A stretch of 63,536 bases of DNA, filler included, from Dehalococcoidia bacterium (lineage in GTDB: Bacteria; Chloroflexota; Dehalococcoidia; DSTF01; JACRBR01), in assembly GCA_041494685.1 (NCBI GenBank). It is 3 parts of 3 records of this genome, joined end to end, with 100 filler letters (N's around TTAATTAATTAA, not from the genome) between each part and the next. Parts side by side here need not be neighbours in the genome. Positions count along the whole stretch, not along the records: positions 25,834 to 51,324 come from JBGQBE010000048.1; 2 more parts are not named here. One strand, given 5' to 3'. A program made the translations under genes and the position numbers. Of this stretch, positions 37,978-47,649 are shown in pieces. The stretch's first letter is position 1. Every line of letters starts with the position of its first letter. The notes beneath the pieces are model-generated. The model worked only from the letters and a program-made list of their open reading frames with translations. It made no database searches and was not told where the DNA came from.

Positions 37978-39219
37978 ATGTCCGATACCACGACGACGCA
38001 GCGCTCGCGCGGGATGCGCGATCTGCTCCCGGACGAGATGGACCGCGTGCGCGCGGCGGAAGACGCCTTCGCGGCGGCGTGCCGCACGTGGGGCTACCGC
38101 GAGATCCGCACGCCGGTGATCGAGCCGCTGCACCTGTTCACGTCGGCGGGGACGCTGTCGCCGCAGACGCTCGACCGCGTGTATTCGTTCCTGGACTGGG
38201 ACGGCTGGAGCGGCGAGCGCGTCGTGCTGCGTCCCGACTCGACGATCCCGGCGGCGCGGCTGTACGCCGAGCGGCTGGACGGCGGCCGCGTCGCCAAGCT
38301 GTTCTACAACCAGAACGTCTTCCGCTTCACCGACGACGGCTCCTCGCGCGAGGAGTGGCAGTGCGGCGTCGAGCTGATCGGCGATACGGGCCGGGCGGGG
38401 GACGTGGAGCTGGTGCTGCTGGCGCTTGAGGCGCTGGCGCCGCTGAAGCTGCCGGACGTGAAGGTGCGGCTGTCGCACGCGGGCATCGTGCGCGCGGTGC
38501 TGGCCGCCGCCGGCATGGCGCCCGACGAGCAGTCGGCGGCGTACGACCGGCTGCTGGACGGCGACCTGACCGTCGTGGACGAGGTGGAGGCGCGCGTGCC
38601 GCAGCTCAACGCGCCGTTGCGCTTGCTGTTCGAAGTCGAGGGCGGCGGCAGCGGCTACATCGCCAACCTGCGGGGGCCGTTGACGGCGGCGATCCCGGCG
38701 CTGGAGCCGGCGTTCGACGACCTGGCGTTCGTCGTGGAGGCGCTGGAGGCGCGCGGCGTGACGCCGCTGGTGCAGTCGGTGCTGGCGCGCAGCTTCGAGT
38801 ACTACTCCGGGCTGGTCGTGAAGGTCGAGGCCGGCGGGCAACGCGTCGTCACGGGCGGACGCTACGACGACCTGATCGGGCTCGTCGGCGGCAAGCACGT
38901 GCCGGCGTCGGGGTTCGCGGTGTATCTCGCGCCGCTGATCGAGATGCTGGCGCCCGCGCAACGCCCGGCGGACGAGCGGCGCATCGTGGTGCAGGCAGAG
39001 AGCGACACGCCGGCGCTGCTGGCGTCGCAGTACGAAGCGGCGGAGCACCTGCGCGCGGCGCGGCTGCGGGCCGAGACGGTGGAGGGCATGCACTCGGTGC
39101 CGACGCACCGCCTGATCTGCCGCGAGGGCTCGCCGAAGTACACGCTCGTGTGGCCTGACGGCAGCGAGCACTTCGAGCGGCTGGACGACGTCGCGCGGGT
39201 GCTGGAGCCGGATCGGTGA
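37978..39219 (+). CDS. hisZ: ATP phosphoribosyltransferase regulatory subunit (HisRS-like)
   Basis: RGMRDLLP, GYREIRTP, LRPDST, QCGVELIG, YYSG, GGRYD; precedes hisG. Confidence 0.88.
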   Translation: MSDTTTTQRSRGMRDLLPDEMDRVRAAEDAFAAACRTWGYREIRTPVIEPLHLFTSAGTLSPQTLDRVYSFLDWDGWSGERVVLRPDSTIPAARLYAERLDGGRVAKLFYNQNVFRFTDDGSSREEWQCGVELIGDTGRAGDVELVLLALEALAPLKLPDVKVRLSHAGIVRAVLAAAGMAPDEQSAAYDRLLDGDLTVVDEVEARVPQLNAPLRLLFEVEGGGSGYIANLRGPLTAAIPALEPAFDDLAFVVEALEARGVTPLVQSVLARSFEYYSGLVVKVEAGGQRVVTGGRYDDLIGLVGGKHVPASGFAVYLAPLIEMLAPAQRPADERRIVVQAESDTPALLASQYEAAEHLRAARLRAETVEGMHSVPTHRLICREGSPKYTLVWPDGSEHFERLDDVARVLEPDR

Positions 39220-40607
39220 TCCGCGTCGCACTGCCTACCGGTGACCTCCGCAACGAGACTGCCGCACTGCTCGAACATGCCGGGATCGGCATCGAGGACT
39301 ACGCGGCCGGTTCGCGCGCCCTGCGCTTCCCGATGCTGGGCGACGCGGCGGTCGCGCGCGTGTTCCGCGAGCGAGACATCCCGGTGCAGGTGGCGCTGGG
39401 CAACTACGACGCGGGCATCTGCAGCCTGAGCTGGATCGAGGAGCTGGCGCAGCGCTTCCCGGGCCACGAGGTGGTGCGGGTGCGCGACGTCGGCTACGGC
39501 GGGCACGGGCTGTGGCTGGCCGCCGCCGGCGACGAGGCCGAGGCGTCGGTTCGCATCGTCAGCGAGTACCCGAACATCGCGGAGACGATCGCGCGGCGGC
39601 TGCGGCTGCGGCGGTATCGCGTGTTCCCGGTGTGGGGCGCCGCCGAGGCGTATCCGCCGGAAGATGCGGACGTCGTGCTGGTCGCCGCGCCGGATGAGGC
39701 GGCGATCGAGGCGGCGGGGCTGCGGCCGATCGCGCGAGTGCTGCAGAGCTCGGCGTGGCTGATCGTCAACCGCCAGAGCCTGGCGTCGAAAGACCTGTCG
39801 CCGCTGCTGTCGCGCCTGCTCGCGCAGGCCGGCGCATCGGCAAGCGCGCCGCTGAGCGTGCCGGCGTCGCTGGGGCTGCGTCCGGCAGCGCCGCGCGCGC
39901 CGCGGACGCGGCTGCGGCTGGCGCTGCCGGACGGGCACGCGCAATCGCACACGATCGCGGCGCTGCAGACGGCGGGCGTCCGCGTGGCGGGGTACGAGGA
40001 CGGCGCCGTGATACGGCGGCCGGCGATCGACATGGACGGCGTCGACGTGAAGGTGATCCGGCCGCAGGACATGCCGCAGCAGGTGGCGATCGGCCAGTTC
40101 GACCTGGCGGTGACGGGGCGGGACTGGCTCTTCGACCACCTGGTGCAGTTCCCGTCGAGCCCGGTGGAGGAGATCATCGACCTGCGCCGTTCGATCTACG
40201 GGCTGGCGGCGATCGTCAAGGACGTGCGGGCGGATACAGTCGCGGGCGCGCTGCGCGAGTGGCGGGCGAAGTCGGACGCGCCGATCCGCGTCGCCAGCGA
40301 GTACCCGAACATCGCCGACCACTTCGCGCGGGAGCGGCACTTCGGCCGCTACAGCGTGATCCCGATCGCGGGGGCGTCGGAGGGCTTCGTGCCGGAGGAC
40401 GCCGAGATCCTGATCGAGGGCATCGACACGGGATCGAGCGTACGCGCGAACAAGCTGACCGTGCTGGAGCGGTTCTACGAGTCGACGAACTGCGTCATCG
40501 CGAACAAGCAGCGGCCGGAAGGCGCGCTGCGCCCGCTGTTCGACGCGCTGGTGGAACGGCTGCGCAGCGGCGCGGCCGAGCCGGTCGCCGCGGGCGGGGG
40601 AGCGTGA
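39216..40607 (+). CDS. hisG: ATP phosphoribosyltransferase with two tandem HisG(S) domains
   Basis: Two copies of ALP.G / RxxDxPxQVAxGxxD / SEYPNIA / GAxE..PEDA. Confidence 0.88.
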   Translation: MIRVALPTGDLRNETAALLEHAGIGIEDYAAGSRALRFPMLGDAAVARVFRERDIPVQVALGNYDAGICSLSWIEELAQRFPGHEVVRVRDVGYGGHGLWLAAAGDEAEASVRIVSEYPNIAETIARRLRLRRYRVFPVWGAAEAYPPEDADVVLVAAPDEAAIEAAGLRPIARVLQSSAWLIVNRQSLASKDLSPLLSRLLAQAGASASAPLSVPASLGLRPAAPRAPRTRLRLALPDGHAQSHTIAALQTAGVRVAGYEDGAVIRRPAIDMDGVDVKVIRPQDMPQQVAIGQFDLAVTGRDWLFDHLVQFPSSPVEEIIDLRRSIYGLAAIVKDVRADTVAGALREWRAKSDAPIRVASEYPNIADHFARERHFGRYSVIPIAGASEGFVPEDAEILIEGIDTGSSVRANKLTVLERFYESTNCVIANKQRPEGALRPLFDALVERLRSGAAEPVAAGGGA

Positions 40608-40610
40608 GCC

Positions 40611-41357
40611 ATGCCGCTGCTGGGGCTGCACATGACCGTCGCGCGGGAGTTGGCCGCTGGTCTCGACTCGGGCGCGGTCGATAGCGAGCGCGGGGCGTAC
40701 TACCTGGGCGCGACGACGCCGGACATCCGGGCGCTGACGCGCTGGGACCGCGAGCGGACGCACTTCTTCGCACTGGACGAGTTTGGCGCGCAAGACGGCG
40801 TGCGGCGGATGCTGCTGGAGCAGCCATCGCTGCGCGAGAGCGCGTCGCTGGACGCGTCGACGGCGGCGTTCATGGCGGGATACATCTCGCACTTGATCAT
40901 GGACGAGGCGTACATCTGCGAGATCTACCGGCCGTTCTTCGGCGCCGGCTCGCGGTTCGGCGACGAGCTGATGGCGAACGTGATGGACCGGCTGCTGCTG
41001 TACCATCTCGACATGCAGGAGCGCGAGGACGCGCCGGCGCTGGCGGAGATCCAGCGGGCGCTGGGCGAGACGTCGGCCGAGTTCGCGGTGGACTTCATCG
41101 CGCGCGAGGACTTGGTGCGCTGGCGCGACCTGCAGACGCAGATCGTGATGCGGCCGCCGAGCTTCGCGCGGATGCTGACGCACCAGCTGAGCGCCGTGGG
41201 CGTCGAGGGCGAAGAAGCCGTGGCGGGCTGGCTGGAGCGGCAGGCCGACGAGCTGCTGCGCGGCACGATCGAACGGATCGGCGAGGAACGGATCCGCGAG
41301 TACCTGCACGATGCGAAAGAGAAGGCTCGCCGCGCCATGAAGGAGTACCTGTCGTGA
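40611..41357 (+). CDS. Zinc-dependent phospholipase C family protein
   Basis: MPxxxxH start, LGATTPD, THFF, GYISHLIMD. Confidence 0.75.
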   Translation: MPLLGLHMTVARELAAGLDSGAVDSERGAYYLGATTPDIRALTRWDRERTHFFALDEFGAQDGVRRMLLEQPSLRESASLDASTAAFMAGYISHLIMDEAYICEIYRPFFGAGSRFGDELMANVMDRLLLYHLDMQEREDAPALAEIQRALGETSAEFAVDFIAREDLVRWRDLQTQIVMRPPSFARMLTHQLSAVGVEGEEAVAGWLERQADELLRGTIERIGEERIREYLHDAKEKARRAMKEYLS

Positions 41358-42697
41358 GGATCGTCCACGGCGCCGAAGAGGGCCGCCGCACGCTGCTGCG
41401 CCGCCAGCCGCTGGGCGAGACGGAGCTGCCCGCCGCGATCCGGCAGAAGAACGCGGCGATCTTCGGCGCGGACCTGCCGGTGGAGCAGCAGGTGCGCCGC
41501 GTGCTGGATGACGTGCGCCGCGAGGGCGACGCCGCCGTGGCGCGCTATTCGAAGGCGTTCACGGGCATCGAGCGCACGTCGTTCGAGGTGCCGCGCGCCG
41601 AGATCGACGCGGCGTACGCGCACGTCGATGCGGCGCTGGCGGCGGCGCTGCGCGAGGCGGCGGGGCACATCCGCGCCTACCACGAATTGCAGCGTGAGCA
41701 CTCGTCGCGGTCGTTCAGCGAGCGCGGCGTGGGCATGCAGGTGCGGGCGATCGAGCGGGTGGGCATGTACGTGCCGACGAGCCCGGGCGCGGTGTACCCG
41801 TCGTCGGTGCTGATGACGGGCATCCCGGCGAAGGTGGCCGGCGTGGACGACCTAATCATGATGACGCCGGCGGCGCGGGACGGCGTCGTGTCGCCGCTGA
41901 AGCTGGTGGCGGCCGACATCGCCGGCGTGGACCGGGTGTTCGCGGCGGGCGGCGCCGAGGGCATCGGCGCGCTGGCGTACGGCACGCAGACGGTGCCGCG
42001 CGTGGACAAGATCGTCGGGCCGGGGAACATCTTCGTGACGGTCGCCAAGCGGGAAGTGTTCGGCAGCGTCGGCATCGACGCGCTGTACGGGCCGAGCGAG
42101 ACGATCGTGATCGCGGACGAGACGGCGGACCCGATGTTCGCGGCGGCGGACCTGCTGGCGCAGGCGGAGCACGACGAGCTGGCGACGCCGATCCTGATCA
42201 CGACGTCGGTGGCGGTGGCGGAGGCGATCGGCCGCGAGGTGGAGCGCCAACTCAAGCTGCTGGCCCGCGAGGAGATCGCGCGCACGTCGTTCGACGCGCG
42301 CGGCGGCGCGGTGATCGTGGGCAGCATCGAGGAGGCGGTGGCGCTGGGCAGCGAGTACGCGCCGGAGCACATGTGCCTGCTGGTGCGCGACGCAGCCGCG
42401 GTGGCGAAGACGGTGCGGAACGCGGGCGGCATCTTCGTCGGCGACGATGCGCCGGAGTCGCTGGGCGACTACACGGCCGGCCCGAGCCACGTGATGCCGA
42501 CGGCGGGCGCGGCGCGCTATGCGTCGCCGCTGGGCGTATACGACTTCCTGAAGGTGACGAGCGTCGTCGCGGTGGACGCGGCGCGTCTGCGCGAGGCGGG
42601 CCCCGCCGCGGCGCTGATCGCGCGGGCGGAGGGATTCACGGCGCACGCGCGGTCGATCGAGCTGCGGCTGGACGGCGGCGAGCGGGAGGCGAAGTGA
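41354..42697 (+). CDS. hisD: Histidinol dehydrogenase
   Basis: GMYVP, DKIVGPGN, GPSE, DLLAQAEHD, APEH, GDYTAGPSHVMPT. Confidence 0.96.
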   Translation: MRIVHGAEEGRRTLLRRQPLGETELPAAIRQKNAAIFGADLPVEQQVRRVLDDVRREGDAAVARYSKAFTGIERTSFEVPRAEIDAAYAHVDAALAAALREAAGHIRAYHELQREHSSRSFSERGVGMQVRAIERVGMYVPTSPGAVYPSSVLMTGIPAKVAGVDDLIMMTPAARDGVVSPLKLVAADIAGVDRVFAAGGAEGIGALAYGTQTVPRVDKIVGPGNIFVTVAKREVFGSVGIDALYGPSETIVIADETADPMFAAADLLAQAEHDELATPILITTSVAVAEAIGREVERQLKLLAREEIARTSFDARGGAVIVGSIEEAVALGSEYAPEHMCLLVRDAAAVAKTVRNAGGIFVGDDAPESLGDYTAGPSHVMPTAGAARYASPLGVYDFLKVTSVVAVDAARLREAGPAAALIARAEGFTAHARSIELRLDGGEREAK

Positions 42698-43821
42698 GCG
42701 CTGAGCCGTTCGACGTGCGTTCGCTGATCCGGCCTGATTTGCTGGAGCTGCCGGGCTACGTGCCGATCGAGCCGACGGACGTGCTGGCCGAGCGCTACGG
42801 CATCGCGCCGGACGACGTGATCAAGCTGGACGGCAACGAGAACCCGTTCGGGCCGTCGCCGCGCGCGCTGGCGGCGATCGCGGCGGAGCGGGGCTACCAC
42901 ATCTACCCGGACCCGGATCAGCGGCGCGTGCGCGAGGCGCTGTCCGGGTACGTCGGGGTCTCTGCGGAGCGCATCGTCTGCGGGCTGGGCAGCGACGACC
43001 TGATCGACCTGATCATGCGGGCGGTGATCGCGCCGGGCGACGGCGTGATCAACTGCGCGCCGACGTTCGGGATGTACCCGTTCTCGACGGAGATCGCAGG
43101 CGGGCGCGTGGTGGACGTGCCACGGCTGGAGAGCTTCGCGCTCGACATCGCGGCGATCGAGCGGGCGGCGCCGGGGGCGAAGCTGATCTTCGTGGCGTCG
43201 CCGAACAACCCGACGGGCAACCGGCTCTCGCGCGGGGAGCTGGACCGGCTGCTGGCGACGCGGCTGCTCGTGGTGGTGGACGAGGCGTACATCGAGTTCG
43301 CCGGGCAGCACGGCGGCGGCAGCCCGTCGGCCGCGAAGCTGGTTGAGGAGCACGAGAACCTGGTGGTGCTGCGGACGTTCAGCAAGTGGGGCGGGCTGGC
43401 CGGGCTGCGCGCGGGCTACGGCCTGATGTCGAAGGTGCTGGCGTCGGTGCTGATGACGATCAAGCAGCCGTACAACCTGAACGTGGCCGCGGGCGTGGCG
43501 ATGATCGCGTCGCTGGAGGACCGGGCGCTGCTGGACGAGCGGGCGTGCGAGGTCACGGGCGCGCGCGACCGGATGGCGGCGCTGCTGGCGGAGATCCCCT
43601 GGATCACGCCGTACCCGTCGGAGGCGAACTTCCTGCTGTGCCGGCTGGAGGGCGTGGACGCGGTCGAAGTCAAGGCGCGGCTCGCGCGGCGGGGCATCTT
43701 CGTGCGATATTTCGACACGCCGTTGCTGCGCAACCACCTGCGCATCAGCGCGGGGCTGGAGCGGCACAACGAGCCGCTGGTGCGCGCGCTGCGCGAGATC
43801 GGAGCCGAACTTGGCCGCTGA
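42694..43821 (+). CDS. hisC: Histidinol-phosphate aminotransferase
   Basis: [36 protein letters not shown]. Confidence 0.95.
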   Translation: MSAEPFDVRSLIRPDLLELPGYVPIEPTDVLAERYGIAPDDVIKLDGNENPFGPSPRALAAIAAERGYHIYPDPDQRRVREALSGYVGVSAERIVCGLGSDDLIDLIMRAVIAPGDGVINCAPTFGMYPFSTEIAGGRVVDVPRLESFALDIAAIERAAPGAKLIFVASPNNPTGNRLSRGELDRLLATRLLVVVDEAYIEFAGQHGGGSPSAAKLVEEHENLVVLRTFSKWGGLAGLRAGYGLMSKVLASVLMTIKQPYNLNVAAGVAMIASLEDRALLDERACEVTGARDRMAALLAEIPWITPYPSEANFLLCRLEGVDAVEVKARLARRGIFVRYFDTPLLRNHLRISAGLERHNEPLVRALREIGAELGR

Positions 43822-44422
43822 CGCCGCCGCCCGCACCGCCACCGTCGTGCGCGAAACGAAGGAGACGCGCGTCGAGGTCACGCTGGACCTGGACGGCAGC
43901 GGGCGCGCGTCGGCGAAGACGGGCATCGGCATGCTGGACCACCTGGTGGAGCAGATCGGCAAGCACGGGCTGTTCGACCTGGCGGTGACGGCGACGGGCG
44001 ACCTGCACGTCGACGAGCACCACACGGTCGAGGACGTGGGGATCGCGATCGGGCAGGCGCTGGACCGCGCGCTGGGCGACCGCCGCGGCATTGTGCGAAT
44101 GGCGGACGCGCTGGTGCCGCTGGACGAGGCGCTGGCCTCGGTGGCGGTGGACGTCAGCGGGCGGCCGTTCTGCTCGGTGGACGTGACGTGGACGCTGGAC
44201 CGCATCGGCGAGCTGCCGGCGTCGCTGGTGGAGCACCTGCTCGGGTCGATCGCGGCGGAGGCGAAGCTGACGCTGCACGCGCGGGTGCTGGCGGGCGAGA
44301 ACGACCATCACCGTGCGGAGGCGATGTGCAAGGCGCTGGGGCGGGCGCTCTGTGCGGCGACGCGCATCGATCCGCGGCTGGGCGGCGCGTCGCCGAGCAC
44401 GAAGGGGCGGATCGGGGGGTGA
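43811..44422 (+). CDS. hisB: Imidazoleglycerol-phosphate dehydratase (monofunctional)
   Basis: [27 protein letters not shown]. Confidence 0.96.
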   Translation: MAADAAARTATVVRETKETRVEVTLDLDGSGRASAKTGIGMLDHLVEQIGKHGLFDLAVTATGDLHVDEHHTVEDVGIAIGQALDRALGDRRGIVRMADALVPLDEALASVAVDVSGRPFCSVDVTWTLDRIGELPASLVEHLLGSIAAEAKLTLHARVLAGENDHHRAEAMCKALGRALCAATRIDPRLGGASPSTKGRIGG

Positions 44423-44446
44423 CCGCGCTGCGCGGCGCGGCGCGAG

Positions 44447-44474
44447 AGCAGACAACAGACAGCAGATAACAGAG
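44447..44474. repeat. Heptamer tandem repeat
   Basis: AGCAGAC AACAGAC AGCAGAT AACAGAG. Confidence 0.7.
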
Positions 44475-44515
44475 GGGCGGCCGGCGGGGCGGGTTATCTA
44501 GCTAAGGGCAAACAG

Positions 44516-44546
44516 GAAAGAGCCACAGTTGGGGCTCTTTCTTTGT
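44516..44546 (+). terminator. Terminator between convergent hisB and purS
   Basis: GAAAGAGCC...GGCTCTTTC stem followed by TTTGT. Confidence 0.65.
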
Positions 44547-44565
44547 GTTGCGGATAGGGTTGGCG

Positions 44566-44829
44566 CTAGCGGGCGGGGGTTGGGGCTTCTTCCAGTTCGA
44601 AGCGGAAGTCTTCGATTACGGGGTTGGCGAGGAGCTTGCGGCACATCTCGGCCACCTGGGCGTCGGCGTCGGCGCGGGAGTGGGCGTCGAGGCGGATCTC
44701 CATGTACTTGCCGGAGCGCACCGACTGGACGCTGGCGAAGCCGAGCGCGTGCAGGCCGCCGCGGATCGTGAGGCCGGGAGGGTCGTTGACGGTGGGCTTG
44801 AGGGTGACGTAGACGCGTGCGAGGTACAT
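44566..44829 (-). CDS. purS: Phosphoribosylformylglycinamidine synthase subunit PurS
   Basis: VTLKPTVNDP.G, VRSGKY, LLANPVIE. Confidence 0.95.
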   Translation of the reverse strand: MYLARVYVTLKPTVNDPPGLTIRGGLHALGFASVQSVRSGKYMEIRLDAHSRADADAQVAEMCRKLLANPVIEDFRFELEEAPTPAR

Positions 44830-44884
44830 CGCTGGCAGGATACCGGCCGCGGCGGTGGGGGCAAGCTGCGGCGAGCGACGAGGG

Positions 44885-44948
44885 TTGTCCGCAGATGGCG
44901 CAGATGGTTTGCAGGTTTGTCCACAGATGGCACAGATGGACCAGATGG
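44885..44948. repeat. Nonamer (nnCAGATGG) repeat blocks
   Basis: TTGTCCGCAGATGGCGCAGATGG and TTGTCCACAGATGGCACAGATGGACCAGATGG. Confidence 0.8.
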
Positions 44949-45097
44949 ATGATAGAGGAGTGAGGAGCCGGGAGGGGGTGCTTGCGTGTTAGGGGCATTC
45001 GCTTTAGGTTCTGAAGGCAGGCAGAGGATCCGTGGCCGCCCCATCGAACGTATGGTGTTAGGACCCGCGACGGCGCGAAGGATCGGCAGGGAGGCGT

Positions 45098-45343
45098 ATG
45101 ACACGCATCAGGGAATGGCTGACGAGGGGCGAAGAGGGGCACGCGATGACGGCGCCGCCGCTGCTGGCGGCCGCGGCCGGCGCGATCGTGCTGGCGATCG
45201 GCGCGGCGAACGACAGCGGCATCACGGCGATCATCGGCGGCATCGTGCTGGCGCTGGGCATCGTGGCGGCGTCGGTGGCGGAACACATGGTCGTGGACTA
45301 CGACCTGTACGCGCGCATCGAGAAGCTCGAAGGCAAGAAGTAG
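45098..45343 (+). CDS. Small hypothetical membrane protein
   Basis: GGAGG RBS, two hydrophobic helices, host-like codon usage. Confidence 0.75.
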   Translation: MTRIREWLTRGEEGHAMTAPPLLAAAAGAIVLAIGAANDSGITAIIGGIVLALGIVAASVAEHMVVDYDLYARIEKLEGKK

Positions 45344-45398
45344 GGACGCGTTGCGGAAGACGCGCGGGGGGCCGCACCCAGCGATGGTCGGACGGGTA

Positions 45399-45644
45399 TC
45401 AGCGACGCGGAGCGGTTCCGCTTGCTGGCTTCGCAGGCTTCCGACGGGCGGCTGCCGTGGTACGTCGGGCAGCGGGCTTCCGAGGGCGAGGCGGACTAGG
45501 CTTCGCCTTCGCTCGTCCCTTGTACTCGTCGCACTCTCTGCCAACGAGGTACGGCCCCGCTTCGATCGCGCGGCGTACCGCTTCCTCGAAGGACATGGGA
45601 TAGAGTGAGAGGGGCTTGGCGCGGGGCTTCTTCTCAAGTGCCAT
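45399..45644 (-). CDS. Small basic hypothetical protein (KPLSLYPMSFEEA type)
   Basis: GAGGA RBS, overlaps the upstream stop; motif recalled from small ORFs associated with IS1595-type elements. Confidence 0.55.
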   Translation of the reverse strand: MALEKKPRAKPLSLYPMSFEEAVRRAIEAGPYLVGRECDEYKGRAKAKPSPPRPRKPAARRTTAAARRKPAKPASGTAPRR

Positions 45645-46686
45645 GTTCCTCAGTGTAGGCGATCTCCTCGGCGGTAGGTTTGTTCCACCCACCTTCCTCG
45701 GCTGCGCTTTCCAATAGTGAACGCACATGTTCGCGGACTGTCGCGACTTCTTGGTGAAAGAGTTCGATACTAGCGTGATTGGGATCGGGGCACTTGAGAA
45801 CGCAGACACCACTAAAGTCGAGTTCTTCGGAGAATGGGTATCCACGGTAGCGATCATCTTCAACGATCATGCGCTTTCCGTGCTCAGCGCAGTATGGCTG
45901 GAAGCGAAGGTGCGCCCGCGTAGTGGCGGAAATCATCCAGCCTGTGAGACGCCACCGGACACTACTCGGGTGATCGATGAACCGATTTGTATCGCGGTTC
46001 TCAATTAGCCTCGGTCCTGGATTACGTGAGGTTTGCGCGGCGGAGCGCGGCGATGCCAACTGATCGAGAACCTGACGCCCGAAATCGGTGAGGTAATACG
46101 TCGAAGTCTGAGGCGAAACCTCAACGACTTCTAAGAAATGCCAGTGATCCAAACATACGGGGAAGTCGTCAGGGAGCACATCGTATCGAAATGGGCCGCC
46201 CAAGGTGTAGTTCTCCATGCGCGTGACCCCACCAAGAGCCAAGTCACCGGCGCATCGTTGAAGGACGGTGGCAGTATCAACGTCGCGAAGTTGGTCGTTC
46301 GGATACTCCCGTACACTCTTGCCTTTCAATTGGCGAATGACTTGATCGACGCTGCGCCTCGGAGTTGCCGTTGGCGCGGCGTTGAGAGTGCCGATGTGGA
46401 CGTTTCCGCCCACAATCCCGCCACTGCGGGCTGCAATATCTCCGCCCGCAGCAATGCTCTGACGGTCAGCGCGCACGTTCGGTTCGATAGCTAGCTTCTT
46501 CGGCCCCATCATCACCAAAATGAAGCCGAATAGTGTGATCGGGACGCCCACGATCATCATCACCGCAGCCCACCGGTGATCAACGCCGATCTGAATCGCC
46601 CACAATCCTGCGCCGGCGAGGAACGTCGTGACCCCCACGGCTAGGAATCCGACCGAGACTTGAGGGTCACGCAAGCGATCAAGCAT
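45634..46686 (-). CDS. Hypothetical protein with two N-terminal TM helices, atypical composition
   Basis: 350-aa ORF, visibly lower GC than flanks. Confidence 0.65.
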   Translation of the reverse strand: MLDRLRDPQVSVGFLAVGVTTFLAGAGLWAIQIGVDHRWAAVMMIVGVPITLFGFILVMMGPKKLAIEPNVRADRQSIAAGGDIAARSGGIVGGNVHIGTLNAAPTATPRRSVDQVIRQLKGKSVREYPNDQLRDVDTATVLQRCAGDLALGGVTRMENYTLGGPFRYDVLPDDFPVCLDHWHFLEVVEVSPQTSTYYLTDFGRQVLDQLASPRSAAQTSRNPGPRLIENRDTNRFIDHPSSVRWRLTGWMISATTRAHLRFQPYCAEHGKRMIVEDDRYRGYPFSEELDFSGVCVLKCPDPNHASIELFHQEVATVREHVRSLLESAAEEGGWNKPTAEEIAYTEEHGT

Positions 46687-46764
46687 GCCGAATCATGACT
46701 GATCCTGCGAGGGTGTGTCACGACATTCCCTCTGAAGACCTGTCCCTACGGCGGCGGCTACGGC

Positions 46765-47649
46765 CTAGCGGATTTCCTGGCCCGTGAGGAGGCGGTAGGC
46801 CTCGCGGTAGCGGTCGCTTGTGCCGCGGACGATCTCGTCGGGCAGGGCGGGCGCGGGCGGCTCTTTGTTCCAGCCGGACTGGGTGAGCCAGTCGCGCACG
46901 TACTGCTTGTCGAAGCTCGGCTGCGGCGCGCCGGGCTTGAAGGCGGCGACGGACCAGAAGCGGCTGCTGTCGGGCGTCAGCATCTCGTCGATGACGTGGA
47001 GCTCGCCGTCGATCCAGCCGAACTCGAACTTGGTGTCGGCGATGATGATGCCGCGCTCGCGGGCGTACTGCGCGGCGAAGTTGTAGAGGGCGACGCTGCG
47101 GAGGCGCAGCACCTGCGCGGCCTCCGGCCCGACCTCCTGCATGAGGTCGGAGAACGTCATCGGCTCGTCGTGGCCCTCCTCGGCCTTGGTGGTGGGCGTG
47201 AACATCGGCTCGGAGAGCTGCTGGCTCTCGAGCATGCCTTTCTCGATGCGGACGCCGTTGACCGTGCCGTACTGCTTGTACTCGGCCCAGGCGGAGCCGG
47301 CCAGGTAGCCGCGGACGATGCACTCGGCGTCGACGCGCTTCGCCTTGCGGGCGATGGTGGCGCGGCCGATCAGCTCGGGCGGGAGGGCGAAGGGCAGCTC
47401 GTCGGCGGCGGTGCCGTCGGCGAGGCGGATGAAGTGGTTGGGGACGACGCCCTTCGTGCGCTCGAACCACCAGGCGGACATCTGGCTGAGCACCTTGCCC
47501 TTGTCGGGGATGCCGGTGGGCAGGATGACGTCGAAGGCCGAGAGGCGGTCGGTGGCGACGATCAGCAGGCGGTCGCCGAGGTCGTAGGTGTCACGCACCT
47601 TCCCGCGGTAGGTCCGGTTCGGCAGGGGGGACTCCATCAGTACCGGCAT
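46765..47649 (-). CDS. purC: Phosphoribosylaminoimidazole-succinocarboxamide synthase
   Basis: GKVRD, TDRLSAFD, ECIVRGY, DTKFEFG, TPDSSRFW, SFDKQYVRD. Confidence 0.97.
   Translation of the reverse strand: MPVLMESPLPNRTYRGKVRDTYDLGDRLLIVATDRLSAFDVILPTGIPDKGKVLSQMSAWWFERTKGVVPNHFIRLADGTAADELPFALPPELIGRATIARKAKRVDAECIVRGYLAGSAWAEYKQYGTVNGVRIEKGMLESQQLSEPMFTPTTKAEEGHDEPMTFSDLMQEVGPEAAQVLRLRSVALYNFAAQYARERGIIIADTKFEFGWIDGELHVIDEMLTPDSSRFWSVAAFKPGAPQPSFDKQYVRDWLTQSGWNKEPPAPALPDEIVRGTSDRYREAYRLLTGQEIR

Noticed and set aside
37978..39219. Histidyl-tRNA synthetase hisS
   Set aside because: Position directly before a short-form-type hisG and a degenerate motif 2 favour HisZ.
38862..41309. Long antisense or alternate-frame ORFs (e.g. 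815 aa here, 912 aa at 57489-60227, 593 aa at 26648-28429)
   Set aside because: Shadow ORFs of real genes in high-GC DNA; Arg/Ala-rich and without motifs.
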